Under the pieces are notes generated by a model. It was not told the origin of the DNA. It was given only the letters and a program-made list of their open reading frames with translations, and made no database searches. Below, one piece after another: positions 14,382-28,358 of a stretch of DNA of 64,000 nt. The DNA is from Syncephalis fuscata S228. Taxonomy: Eukaryota; Fungi; Zoopagomycota. A program made the translations under genes and the position numbers. Positions within the stretch are counted from its first letter, which is position 1. Each line of letters begins with the position of its first letter. Location of the stretch: positions 86,202 to 150,201 of the forward strand of contig JAHLTZ010000046.1 in the NCBI GenBank assembly GCA_025786725.1, in the 5' to 3' direction.

Positions 14382-15816
14382 CTATTCTTGACCTTCCGCC
14401 GGTGGAAATCCATCGTCCACTAATCATTAATGTATAGCAATGTTAATATTGATATATATATATATTCAGTAGCTATCTAATAAACTATTTACCTCGACGT
14501 CGATAAATGGTAATTTCTTGTTGTTTAAAATAGCGTCGGTTTTCTTCATCTACCAAGACTAAGTTTAGGAAATAACGAGCCGAGAAGCGTTTATTGACTT
14601 CACGGAAGGTTGGCGTCAATTCAAATCCTCCCAAGAACAAACGAATAGGAATTGTTTCACCTATATTTATAAACAGTAGTTAAACAGCTAATTAATATTA
14701 AGTAATATATGTATTATATAGATCTTGTACCTTTTACAGGTGCGCCATCCATAATTTCGAATTTAGTAATTGTTTCACTCTCATTGTATTGATTTGGAGC
14801 TGTGTAATAAATAACATTAAATAATAATAATTGTTAAAATACATCATCTAGTTTCTACAGCTATTTACCTGCACCGGCTGTTTCTCGACGTATAATAGCC
14901 AATTCCATATGTTTAATTTTAATTCTTACTAAAAGGAAATAAATCTTCCCCACAATAACATCCTTTAAGTGGTATCTAATAGACGATGTGGTCATTATTA
15001 TAGTGATAGCGCTATATCCATTATCCACTACTTACTTTGACTTGTTATACTCAAATTCGATATGCAAACAATCTTCAATGCCTACTTCCATTTTAATGGA
15101 GCTTGTGCCTTCAGCAGGCATTCGATACGAATAAACCCAAATATCCCGCTCTTTGATATCATCACCTAGTCGGCGGCCAATGCTAACACGAATAAAGTAC
15201 TAAAAACCAGTATTAAATTATCTAACTAAATCACTATTGATATTTGATAGATTACCGTAATTTAACATTAATGCCATGATAACTTTCGTATTGTTTTTCA
15301 ACATTTTTGAATTCAAAATCGTATTTTGTTGTCTGTTTTAATTCTCCGGGTGTGGCCAATTCCTGTGATAATGACACAAATTCATATCGATTGCCACGAT
15401 CATAAAACATTTCTAATAGTTAAGTAGTTAATATCAATTACTATCATTGCACTACTAATAACAGTTAGTGACTTGCCAATAAACCAACAAATTCAACTTT
15501 AATGCCATTATGTTCAATTCGCCTTCCATCTCGTAATTTGACCGCTATCTTTAAAGATGTTAGAGGATATTTATTTTAATGGACATCCTATTACTATCGA
15601 CTTACTTGGCCTGATACCGTCTCGCCGTCTAGATACAACGGCATACTCTCTCGCTCGTCCTTGTCAACCTTAACATCGACATGTTTGCGCTTATCTTCTC
15701 CATCAAGCAATATATCTATCTCTGCGGCAGTACCAAACCGGAAGAAGCTCTAACGTGTGCCCAGTGTTAGCCGTGCTAGTTACAAACAGCATCGCTATCA
15801 ACCAAATGATTACCAT
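14382..15816 (-). CDS. VPS26: Retromer subunit Vps26
   Basis: ATG-only first exon, then SFFRFGTAAEIDILLDGE..., [68 protein letters not shown]. Confidence 0.95.
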
Positions 15817-16151
15817 AGTGAAAGCGCTGTGGCCCAAGTAACTTGCTAACAACTCTGTGTTAAGAATGTACTAACGAGATGAACTAAGCACCAACCGAAC
15901 AACAAAGTAGAGAAAGAGTAGTGGGTGGAGTAGTGGTGGTGACAAGTAGTTGGCAAAAGGTAAAGTAGGATGGTGCTTAAATTGCTAGGGAAAAGGAATA
16001 GGTGATCAAATATAGACTGACGTTATTATTACTATTCCATTTGGTCACTCATGGCTTTTCTCGTTTTGTTGTTATTATGTAGGCATATAGACACCACTGC
16101 AATCGTGTTTATTTCTACAGCACTTTGCATACTTACTTCGTCTTATCTTAA

Positions 16152-16245
16152 GATAAATGACGATGAATCCAGTGCACATTGAGGAAGCCGTATTTTGCGG
16201 CCAGATCAATCAAATAGATTAATATTTATTGATATGCTGACGCCG
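16152..16245 (+). ncRNA. Candidate C/D-box snoRNA
   Basis: C-like box ATGACGA (16157-16163), D box CTGA (16237-16240), and TTATTGATATGC immediately upstream, complementary to the conserved LSU rRNA segment GCAUAUCAAUAA. No terminal stem is seen and GCTGAC could instead be a branch site. Confidence 0.3.
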
Positions 16246-16802
16246 AACAGAAATCGGATACTTGATGAGGTGATAGTAAGCTATGTCAGTGTTGTAGGGA
16301 TATACATGTACAGCAGTGGCGCAGCTTTATTAATAGCACGCGACAAACGTCATTTACAGTTGATCTTGTAGGTTTAACAACGATTGCATTAGTGACGACA
16401 GCAGTATATTGATAGCCAGACGTGAATTGTAGACCTTAGGGTCACTTTCTATATGATGGTCTATATGCAGTTTTCAATCGGAAACGCGCGTTGTTTGTAA
16501 TCACTTGTTATACTGTAATAGATATTCATAATCTATAAGGCGGTGATGATACCGAAGGCGAAGATGAAGACAGCCAACGACTAGCTCTAGCTAGTACGAT
16601 CTGTTATATAAATACGTATTATGATGGCGCGAGTTATCTTTTACGTATTCATATTTTTGTTGTTTATGAAATGCCTGCGTTCTGAGCCATTATTTTTTGA
16701 TGTTAATGTAGTAATAAATCGTTAAATCTTTATTTACCAACTTTCTGTTATTACATCACTACATATCGTTTCACTTGTTAACTATTGTCACAGACTTGTA
16801 AT

Positions 16803-19800
16803 ATGTCCGATATCAATGCTGTTGTTGCAGGTGAAGTAGCGTCACCCAAATATGACACTCATTTAGAAGAGAAAATGGCGCATCTCTTGGTAAAGAGTGA
16901 CGTTTTCAGTACGTTAGACTTTGACCTTTATGAACAACTCAACCTTCTCTTTCCCAATGGTAAATGCGCGCGTTATATTCATGTACACTGTAAATAATAA
17001 ATAAAAAAACTAGCGGACTCTATCAATACAGCAAGTGAGGTATATGAACAGACAAAGACGCAATTCGACGAGGTTGACCGGGATTGGCGTGATTCATTGC
17101 GGTGTTTTCAAAGTACCAGCAATACAACAAGTGATACAGCCCTGGATCTAGTCTATCAACATATCAAGGTAGATTTGATATTATAAAAAACTAACATTAT
17201 TAATAACGTACAATAGGAATTGACGGCGCAAGTAGAGTCAATTTATAATAGTGCCGAACAATCAGAGACAACGGCATTAGAAATGACCAAAGATGTAAAG
17301 CAACTAGATACAGCCAAGAAGAATCTAACCGAAACCATGACTGTACTAAAAAGACTCCAAATGCTAGGTAGAATTAAACATTACTATTTGTAAATAATTA
17401 TTCTAATATAATCATTAATAGTAACTGCTACAAGTCAATTGGAGATATCAGTACAAGAGAAACAGCATTCTGAGACAGCACAGCTCTTAGAGGTAAATCA
17501 ATCAATTAATAATAATTGTAATTATAATAATTATCATTATTATTTATAGGCTACATCACAATTACTTGCACAATTTGATAGATTCGCTAATGTGGAGCAA
17601 TTAGAAAGTATTCGACAAGAACACGAACAATTCCAGAGAAAGTTGTCCGATCAACTATTTCGTGAATTTACTGCATGGTACATAGATAGATAGATATACA
17701 TATATATATATATATGTGTGTATATGTATATGAAGAATCTATACTAATAAGCAATATTTATATTTTATATATTATATATTAGTTTCCATGCCCAAGGTGT
17801 TTTAGTACAGACTAAATCAAATGTACAAGATATTTGTTTAATTGCTCAATCATTGGATAAAGTCTTTCGGTAAATATTGATATAATACTGCATCAACTAT
17901 TAATTAATTAATTGACGGTAATAGTGATCGTCTAATTCAATGGTATACCAAGATTCAGTTGCAAGAATATCGTAATATTTTCTGTGGTAATGAAGAAGTA
18001 AGTTGTATTTGTTATTTATGGTAGAATTGGTATTAATTGAAGGGTAAAAGGTTGCTTCATTAGAAGGTGTTCCACGCCGATATACTTGGTTAAAAAGATT
18101 ACTGAAGACGATTGAAGAAGAACATGGCGACTTATTCCCTGAATCATGGCATGTGGCACGTGGTGTAGCTTATGAATTTGCTAAAGTAACTCGGTTAGTA
18201 AATAACGTTATTAATTAAATAGTCCAACATTTAATATGATATAATATACAATAGACAAGACATGCAAGCAGTACTTGAAAGAGAGGCGGCAAATGATGTA
18301 GCAGCAATGTTAAAAGCATTACAATTAACTCTTGAATTTGAACAACAATTAAATAGAAAGTTTATGAATCAGGTAAGTTATATCGCTGAATTAGGCAATT
18401 ATTTAATTAAAGGCTATTGATTATAGGATAAATTACGAGAGGAATTAGTAGGAGAGACCAGTGAAGCACCTAATGATTCATCTGTAATTGAATTCACAGG
18501 CAGTATTTCAAAGGCATTTGAACCATTCCTTGGCTATTATATTGAATCAATTGATCGGTTAGTATCCAGTATTAACGAGTACTCATCTATTAATTAATAA
18601 ATATATTAATAGATCATTGTCTGATCTTATGCAAGGCTATCTATCAGAATCAATTGCCGTTGAAGAAGGATCTGATACATTGGCACTTGCCTCAAGTAGC
18701 GACCTTGTCTACTTCTTTAAAGAGGCATTTGGTCAATGTGCAAAATTATCTACTGGTCGTCCATTAGTTGATCTGTCAAAATTGGCCGCTAAATGGCTTG
18801 CTATTTATGCCAATACAGTATTAAAGAGGAAATTACCACAGTAAGTTGAATGGTAGCTAGAATAATAGTCTAAACGATAGAAACGATGATAGAAACGATC
18901 GGCGTTTATCAGGAAGTGGTAGTGGTGGACGTGATGCCCGAATTATTGCTTCTTATGTAGTTATTAATACGGCTGATTATTGTCAGACTACAGCAGAACA
19001 GGTAGGTGAATAGTAATTAATTGTATTAGTATTAACTATAACGCTTAATAGTTGGAAGAAAAGTTCCGAGATAAAGTAGATACTCAATACTGTGATGAAA
19101 TCCATTTGTCAGAACAACGAGAACCATTGTTAAAGTAAGTTACTAACTATTACAATGATTTGCTATTAAACTATAATGATCTATTAGTATCATCATTACA
19201 GCTGTTAAATCTATAGTACGAGAGGTAGAGATTGCTTGTGAGCCATCATTCCAACGTATGTTATTACTGCCATGGGGTACAATGTCACTGCGGGAAGATG
19301 ACCACTCTGAATATGCCACCGAATTATTACATATCATTAAAGGACAGGCCAAAATACTACGTAAACATTTAATGAATTATCGATTTTATAGATCATTTTG
19401 CGATCAATTTGCCGAGTAAGTAACTATTAGTATACAATTAATTATTTAATTAGTTAGTTAACAACTATAACTCTATACTACAATAGAACATTTATTCAAT
19501 TGTTAGACTTGTGGATTGGTAGAATTAAACGATTATCATCTATGGGTGCCAAACAAGTAAGTATTATTATTAAATACTATTGCATTATCATTAACAATAG
19601 TCTATTCTAGTTAATATCAGATCTGGCATTTCTACGCACTATGTTACTTGATCTGCCATCTCTTGGTGGTGATGCATCAAGCCAATCTAAAGGACCATCA
19701 ATGACGTAATACAATGCAAATGTAACCGTTTATTAATATTATATTAACTATTCTATTGTCTATTAGATATACTAGAATAGTACAAGAAGGCATCAATAAG

Positions 19801-20309
19801 ATTGAGGCAAGCTTTAAACTAATTGATCTCGAGGCAAATACCGCACTGGTAGAAAGCTATGTTCAACAAGCACCGACACCTACAATGATTGGTTTCCAAC
19901 GAGTACTTGAACTAAAGGTAACTTGCAGCTATTCTATAGATATTGCCATACTAACGATAACCATAATGTGTTCCATACTATTGACTATTTATAGGGTCTA
20001 AGTCGAGTAGAACAACAACCATTATTGGAATACTATCGTAAACAATATAGTCCACAAGAGTCACCGCCCACTATTGCTACACCCCCCACATCCACTAGTC
20101 ATCCATTATCTAGTTCACCGCTTAGAGATAGTGTTCTATCAGCCACATCACCTATACAGATCACTACATCGCCTAATACGTCTATTACCGCCATGAGTAC
20201 AAGTCCTTCATCGAGATACAATAAATTCCGTCGATTAGTTGCGGGTATGTCAATGAAACGAGATCCCACTTCAGATAGAAGCGGAGATGAAAGTGGCAGT
20301 GGATTGTAA
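16803..20309 (+). CDS. VPS53: GARP complex subunit Vps53
   Basis: Many short exons; FDLYEQLNLLFPN, MTKDVKQLDTAKKNLTETMTVLKRLQML, RRYTWLKRLL, SSSDLVYFFK..QCAKLSTG, INTADYC. Confidence 0.9.
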
Positions 20310-20409
20310 GAGAAGAGAAGAGAAGAGGGTTGACATTATAGGAATAAAATTAAACATCAATATATTATTATTGTTATATAATAGTCATCGCTATGAAAAT
20401 AGAGTGTTT

Positions 20410-22099
20410 CTACAGCAAATAAGGACGTTTAGAAGCAATAAACGCATCGAGTGCATCCCAGAACTCGCCAACTACCACTTGATCCGTGTGTCGTTTATAT
20501 TTGTGTACCTAGTAATAGTTATTAATAAATAGATGAAGATAGTTGTCTAGTATCTGTTGTATAGTTACCTCTAATATTGTAACATTCCAGCGTTGTACTG
20601 TATCCTTTGTTGGTTCATCGGCATATTTCAAGTAGTATCCTTTAACTATATTATAGTGTATTAATATAACGTATTATTTAGTTAATAGTCATTTACCATT
20701 ATTAAAAATGTCCAAAGGTGTTTGCCATACCCAATTCTTGAATTGCCATTCTGCACCAGTGGTAAATACGGCCACCACTCGTTTCCTATTACAATATAGT
20801 ATATTACATTATATTGCTATTGTTAGTATATACTATTTGATATAGTCTATACGATAATTACCAATCATCTGGTCGAAGTTTATCTACTGAATCAATTACT
20901 TGATATACTGATGTGGTATCGGATCCTTCACTGCGTCGTTCAATATTGATCAGTGTTGGTCGAGCAGTGCTTTGTTCTCGAGCATTACGAGAATCGATAA
21001 AACTTATTATAGTGTTATTAATGCTAAACAATACTATTTTATTATATTTACCTTTTATCTTCTAAAAACTGCTTAACATTGTAAAGATTTACCATTGAAG
21101 TGGCGGCAGCTGGTACAATAATAATTGGAATACGAGCACCTAGTAACAATATATATGCTATAGGTTAACCAACAACAATAGCTGTGCCAGTATCTATTCA
21201 TTACCTTTGGGTCGTGAATGACTAGAAGATCCACTGCTTGATTTACCTAATACAATAATAATCAATATTAATTAATACTTGTAATTAATAACTTACTTTT
21301 ACTAGATGTTGCATCTTTTGATGTTGATGGTGTCGTTTTACTCTTATTTGATTGTTGTGTTAATAGATCACGTACGTGTTTATATATTTCATCAAATGAC
21401 TATTATAATGATGCTGATGATTAGATGGCTTGTTAATAATAGAGACTATTACTTACTCTATTACTACAAATAAGCGCGTCTCTAGATAAAGCAATCTGTT
21501 CATGATCTGTAACTGCTTTAGCATTAGCAATATCCTAATATACATATTTAGTATTGGAATAATAAAAGTATTAATAATCTACCGTTTCACTGAATATTTG
21601 AGCCTGGTCTGCTTCGGTTCTTGCTCGTTTTTCGGCATGTAGACCTGCTGCTGCACTAACCACGTCTAATGGTTGGCGTTTTGCACCTAATATAATATAG
21701 TATGCATATATTAATTGATTAATTTAAATAGTGCACTTAACATCTACTAAACTACTTACTTGACGTATCTTGTGATGTAGATAGCATGCCTAGCAGTTTA
21801 TTACGGTCCATCACAGTTACCGTAGGAATTTCGGCACCAACACCAGATTTCAAGTAGGCCAAATAGTTTTCATCGCGATGATCTACCATAAGCAATAGCG
21901 TTTCGATTGTATAATACTCTTCGGTACCGCTCTTCTTCAATATTGTTTTCTGGGTCTTTGGTAGTTTCAGCTCGCCAAACACGACGGTCTGCGCGTCAGC
22001 TAGTCCTTGCACAGCCGTGCCCGCGGCATCCACCAACTGGACACTATCCTTGTTTGTAGCATATTGCTGCAATAGAGGGATAGGGTCGAATTCATCCAT
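20410..22099 (-). CDS. CDC73: Paf1 complex subunit Cdc73/parafibromin
   Basis: MDEFDPIPLLQQY..., RIPIIIVPAAATSMVNLYNVKQFLE, RVVAVFTTGAEWQFKNW, HKYKRHTDQVVVGEFWDALD. Confidence 0.9.
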
Positions 22100-22602
22100 C
22101 TCTGCACTATAACTATTAGTATTGCTACGGTGGCAGCTATTTGTATGTGCGTGTGTATGTCCAAGTAAATGAAAGTTAGATCGCGTGTTCAATATATGCG
22201 TACTATTGGTTGTTGAATGCAAATAGGCGTTGTTGTTGTATTCATGTTATCGTATTAATTTGTGTGGTTTTTGTTTTTTTGTTCTTTCTCTTTCCTTTAC
22301 ACATTGTCCGCCGACGACTTGTAGGATCGTGTGTGTCTATATACATCTAGTAAGTGTCTAGCTAGAGTTGGATCGAGATGCAGGCCGTGTATAGACGCTC
22401 CTCGCTTGGTGGTGTGCTGGCTATTGTGGGCAGCTGGCGCCCACGACGAGATATGGCTATAGCGACTACGGCATGGGCACATGCATATAGCCACTACCCT
22501 TTTGACAAAGCTCCGCTGACCACTGTACGTCCATTGTTGGCCGTTCAGAGTGCTTGGATTCACGTTTCGAGAGTATCTGCCGCGAAAGCCGTCCGTAAGA
22601 AA

Positions 22603-24343
22603 ATGCCTCCCAAGAAAGCTATCAAGGAAGAGAAGGTGATGCTGGGTCGTCCCTCGAACAATCTTAAGATCGGTGTCGTAGGTCTTCCTAATGTTGGGTA
22701 AATACTACTATTACTACTAAGTAAAACTTGTATAATGTATTAATATAAACATTAAAATAGTAAATCAACCTTCTTTAATGCTATTACCAATAGCGCTGCT
22801 GCTGCCGAAAACTATCCTTTCTGTACCATTGGTAAGTAGTTTATTCATTCTATTGATTGATGTGTATATACATGGCATATAGTATATTAATGTCTTTTAT
22901 AATATGTAGATCCGGAAGAGTCACGTGTAGCAGTGCCAGATCCACGATTCGACTGGCTTTGCGAGCACTACAAGCCAGCATCCAAGGTACCCGCCTACTT
23001 GACAGTCATTGATATTGCTGGTCTGGTAAAAGGTGCTGCCGGTGGTGCCGGTCTTGGTAATGCCTTCTTGAGTCATATTCGAGCAGTCGATGGCATTTTC
23101 CACGTCATTCGTATCCTTTTGTTTAGTTTACATGCTAGATTTATTCATTGTCTATGTTGATTACATTGTTTATCTTGTCACTTCTTATAGGCGCTTTTTC
23201 GGATGAAGATGTTATTCACGTCGAGGGTGAGCTTGATCCAATTCGTGATTTGGCCATTATCCACGAAGAACTTCGTTTGAAGGACTTGGAGTTTCTTGAG
23301 AAACAAGTGGCCAACTTGGAAAAGGCCACCTACAGTCTAGGTGCCAACTGCAGTGTGGCTGATAAAGCCAAGAAAGAGGAATTGGCAAGTGTATAGCGAT
23401 GTAATAGTTATAGCAGTCTATTAACAAGTAGATATAGGTTGTTGTACGCAAACTGCTTGCTCATGTAAAGGATGAGGAAAAGGATGTCCGCAAGGGCACC
23501 TGGAGCAACAAAGAGGTAAATTAATATAATATATCATAATAGCCATTATTTATATATTGCTTCAATAGGTTGAAATCATTAATACGCTCCATCTTATTAC
23601 GGCCAAGCCAGTTATTTATTTGATCAATCTTAGCGAAAAGGATTACATTCGCAAGAAGAACAAGTGGTAAGTTGTATTAATTAATTAATTATCAATAAAT
23701 CCAATATATTAATAATTAATCGTATATTTTATCAGGCTACCAAAGATTAAGGCATGGATTGATGAGAACAATCCCGGTGACTTGGCTATTCCATTCTGCA
23801 GTACTATGGAATACGAGGTAAATACTATAGTATACTTGTAACTTTTACACACTAACTAATAATATTATCGTTATTGTGCAATAGCTTTCTCAATTGCCAG
23901 CAGAAGAACGTAAAACGCGTGAAACTGAATTAGGCACAGCATCTATCTTGCCCAAGATTATTGTGTCTGGCTATCAGTCACTCCAATTGTGTTACTTCTT
24001 CACTGGTGGTGCCGATGAAGTCCGTGCTTGGACGGTTCGTCGCAACTCCAAGGCACCACAAGCGGCCGGTGTTATTCACACCGACTTTGAACGTGGCTTT
24101 ATTATGGCTGAAGTAATGAAGTATGATGATTTGAAGGAACTCGGCACGTAAGTTATAAATGAATACTATCTATTAATTCAATATTAATACAAATAATACA
24201 CCCATCATCATTATTATTATTATAGTGAGGCTGCCGTAAAGGCTGGTGGCAAGTATTTGCAAAAGGGCCGTGACTATGTTGTCGATGATGGCGATATTAT
24301 CTACTTCAAATTCAACGTTACCGCTGCTCCAAAGAAGAAATAA
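22603..24343 (+). CDS. OLA1: Obg-like ATPase 1 (YchF family)
   Basis: MPPKK...[60 protein letters not shown] region [28 protein letters not shown]. An in-frame upstream ATG lies at 22378. Confidence 0.95.
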
Positions 24344-24415
24344 ATTGATTACTAACGTGTGATATTTACACAAATTACGTAATTTTGCTTTATAAATCGT
24401 CTTAATGTGCATTAT

Positions 24416-25478
24416 TCAATATTGTTTGGGAAAGAGACGAATAAACATAAATGTAAATACAAATACGAGACAGACAACTAATAGAACTGTCCAAGTAAAC
24501 ACAGTTGTTTTACTGGCTTGTTTGCGGAATGAACCCAAACGATGTCCTTCTCGTCCCAGTCGATCTATACTAGTGGTCATGGTAGATTGCATATCAGATA
24601 CCACCTACATCAAAAGTAGTATTAATAGCCGGTAAAGTAATAAATAACGCTAATTACCTGCTGATCTTTACGTAGAATATCGCCAAATGATGATACATTA
24701 CTTTTTAGTACTTTGGCTAAACGAACCATATCATCAGTGAGTTCACTGTGAATGGCTCTATCTCTTCTTAAAACACTTTCAAAATCCTCATTCGATGTAT
24801 TCATAGTAGAAGAACGACTACTAAACCTATTATCCATTATTATAATCAACGGTTATTAATCCCATGATTGTAAACTATTGTAACGTACAATTCTTTACGT
24901 AAATCACTGTTACTTTTACCTAATTATCTTTTTATTAATATCAATTATAATATATTAAATAATGACTTACGTGTATCGATTTCATCGGTACTTGTCTTAT
25001 TATCATTGCGTTGCTATCATTTTAAACTTAATACCATCATTATATTAATTATTAACCATTTACCTGTAAAAGTGCTTCTTTCATAACCATTTCTGCTCGA
25101 CGTCGTAGTCGTAATTCCTGCATACTTTCTTGTAATCGCTCTTTATCCTGTTGTTGAACAAATGTTAAAGAGCGATTTTGTGATAATGAATGATCAATAG
25201 GTGATGCCTTGTTATTATAATTATTGTTATTATCTAGCTATTAATTAATTTAATAGATTGCTTGCTTACAAGTTTAGCATCGTCAATCACTCGCGAAAGA
25301 CGCTGAATCGATTGTGTATAGTCACTAAGTACTGCTTTATCATATTGACTATACTGCTTTAGTAATACACTATATATAATAAACTAAATAACATACCATG
25401 AATCCCTATTTTCCTTCCATTCATCTAAAGTTGTTTTTAAAGATCGCAGGTTCTATAACATATAAGCGGTCATATTAA

Positions 25479-25517
<39 letters not shown>

Positions 25518-25674
25518 ACTTTCTACTTACTGTGGCTAATTTGGCCGTTTCTGGTGTAATACACAAGGCATTAGTGTCATTACGTGACAATAGATCCTCT
25601 GTTCTGGCTAGTAGTCGTCGAAAGTCAACCTCCTCTCTAGAAGGTGATGTAGTTAATGTGGCTACCGGTAACAT
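24416..25674 (-). CDS. USE1: ER SNARE Use1
   Basis: N-terminal EVDFRRLLARTE, SNARE helix ELTDDMVRLAKVLKSN..F..IL..D, C-terminal TM ending FMFIRLFPK. Confidence 0.85.
25486..25515. repeat. (TA)n microsatellite in USE1 intron 1
   Basis: Uninterrupted TA run. Confidence 0.9.
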
Positions 25675-26056
25675 ATTATAAAAGACAAGACTATTGTTAT
25701 TGAAAAGAAGTGTTTAAAACAGTATTTGAATATAAATGACTGATTTACTAACTAATGGGTGAAAAAACAACTATAATAATAGAACGTGTAAACAGATCAT
25801 ATTCTATTAATCATTAAATTTAATAGAATAAAAAACTACCTTTAGTTTAATCAATAACTAATTATTGTAGTGGATGATTAGCTCTTTACTGGCAAATAAA
25901 AGACAGTGATGCAATGGTAGTTAAGTAGTAAAGAAAAGGAAAGTAGTGAGAGTGAGTTTGTAGGACATTCTTATTTTCAAAAAAAGGTATTTTTTCAATC
26001 GAGAATATAGCAAACATGGTCGCGACTGTTAAACAACATACAAACGCATACACATA

Positions 26057-27725
26057 TTACTTGTCCAATGGACGGCCACCATGACCGCCATGACCACCAC
26101 GGCCGCCTCGACCACCACGGCCGCCACCACGGCCACTGCCAAAGCCACCTGATGTATTACGATCAAATCCGCCGCTGTGGCCACCTTCACGACGATCAAA
26201 TCCGCCGCGGAATCCACCGCGTCCACGTCCACCCGTCGGTGTAAATCGACGACGTTCTTCGATTGTAAAGGAAGTACCGCGCAATTCAAAACTATTGCGT
26301 GTAATAGCTGTCTTGGCCAATTCAACATTGGCAAACTCAACAAAGGCACAATTCTAAATAATAAGTCATTTACACTAACATAAATATTAATTCGTTAATT
26401 ATTATTTTACTCACCTTGGCTGAAATGTGATCAATGGTTTTTACGGGTCCAATGCTTTCAGTCAAAAAAGTCTTTAAAGTATCGGTATTAATACGTTCTG
26501 AAATGCCTTTTACGTAAACAACTGCTGCTTCGTCTATTCAATGCCATTAGAATAACAATAATATATATATATATTAATCATTTATAAACTTACCACGCGA
26601 TGGGAATCGGTTACGTGGACCACCATGAGCATGTGGTGGCGGCGTTGATGTTGGCTGAGCATTACCGGCTGATGTAGTCGCTGCCGTTGTCGTCGTTGTT
26701 GGTGCAGTGGTAGAGCTAGCAGTGCTAGCAGCCGCTGTTGAGCCAGTACCTTTGTTAGCAGGCATAACTACTGATGTACCGCGTATTTCAGATGCTTGAG
26801 TGCCCCATCGAGTTGAGTTAACAGCTGCCAAATTGGCCCATGATTTGACTGTTGACTGCGGTGTAGATGCAGTGGGTGTCTCTACCTTTGCCGTAGTGGC
26901 TGGAGCAGCTGGAGCAGATGATGCACGATTAACAGCTGCCTTACCACTATCTATTACTGCCTCGGGTTGGACAGCCGGTGTCGTTGACTTGACACCATTA
27001 GGCTTTGTTTGTTCCGGAGCAGCTGCTGCACGTGGAGCTGATTCAGGTTTTTTAGCTGGTACAGCCACTACTGGCTCTGCTACAGGTGCCTCGACCACTG
27101 CTACCTCAACTGGTGCGGGTGCGGGTGATGCAACAACCTCCACCGGTTCAATAGCCGCAACAGTCTCTTCTACTGGTGCCGCTACATTCAGTGTGACCGC
27201 TGATTCATCCGACAACTCATATTCTGCACCAACATCATCTTTCAAGAATCGAAAGATATCATTAAGCACAAAATAGCCGTTGGGCTGTTCAGCCAAAAAG
27301 AATGTTTGGGCAAACTTTTGCGAAGGACCTTCTTTGTTGCACATCTCACCAAGTACTTGAATAATAATACCGCCATCGAGAGAAGCCACACTATCCACAT
27401 TGGAGACTAAGACGTGACAGTCATCAAAACCAAGTTCAATAATTTTATCGTGGATTTCCTATCCATTGATATTGGCGTGTCAATACAGCAGCGCTAGATG
27501 TTGGCCATTTCCTACCTTCTGGCCCTTATACGTATTGACCGGTTCACCTTCATGGCCATGAATCATTTTAGACTTTTTGTTATAAAAACAATGGAGACGC
27601 GACGGTTCCTTATTCAAGAATGTATAGTACTGTTGAACAAACATCCAGCCAATCTCGTATGCTTCCGCTGTAGGCGAAGTAGATTGCGTGCCAGTGGCAG
27701 CAGCATTGGGTGCAGTAGAAGCCAT
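26057..27725 (-). CDS. G3BP/Bre5/Nxt3-like protein (NTF2 + RRM + RGG)
   Basis: IGWMFVQQYYTFLNKEPSRLHCFY, GIIIQVLGEM, KFAQTFFLAEQPNGYFVLNDIFRFL, SWANLAA, RRM (VYVKG, CAFVEF), RGG tail. Confidence 0.9.
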
Positions 27726-28358
27726 CAGCAAATCAATAATACCTGGCACGACTTAATAATAACAAATTTGTATTCGTTGTAATCGTTATATAGATAGTTA
27801 TATGGTTATATAGTTAGTATACTGCAAATAGCTATAGATATTTATAAAGCTTGTCTAGCATAACATTAATATACATGGTCATAATCTATGATCTATAGAC
27901 GCTAGCTAGATGGGACAGACATATGCACGTTTAAATAATAGCCAGGGTCATGATCTGACTGACATATCCCATATTTGACCTTCAACTCATCTAGATCACT
28001 GTCAACTTACTGGTTAGCAGTATATGTCCCTAAGACAGTGTAGTTAATTTAAGTGTAATTAGATACACTCACGCACTCCCAAGCGAGAGGGAAAAGAATG
28101 GGACAATAATGACCAGTATTTGGAGAAGAGAGAGTAAGTAGTAGTGACAATAGTAGTAAATGAACTGTTGTGTGTGTGTGTTAAGAAAAGAGAAGAGCAA
28201 ACGCGTAACAGGTCTGTTATCACGTGTTTATAGATACCAAGAATGATGATAGATTCGTTTATTGATTCATTGTGTTAATTCAATAACAATACACTTGGAA
28301 TAAATGATTGTTCTAATGGTAGCAAGTGTAATAATAATATTGATGTGGATTGTAATAG

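Noticed and set aside
26800-27276. Ala/Gly/Thr-rich antisense ORF
   Set aside because: Mirror of the low-complexity linker of the G3BP-like gene.
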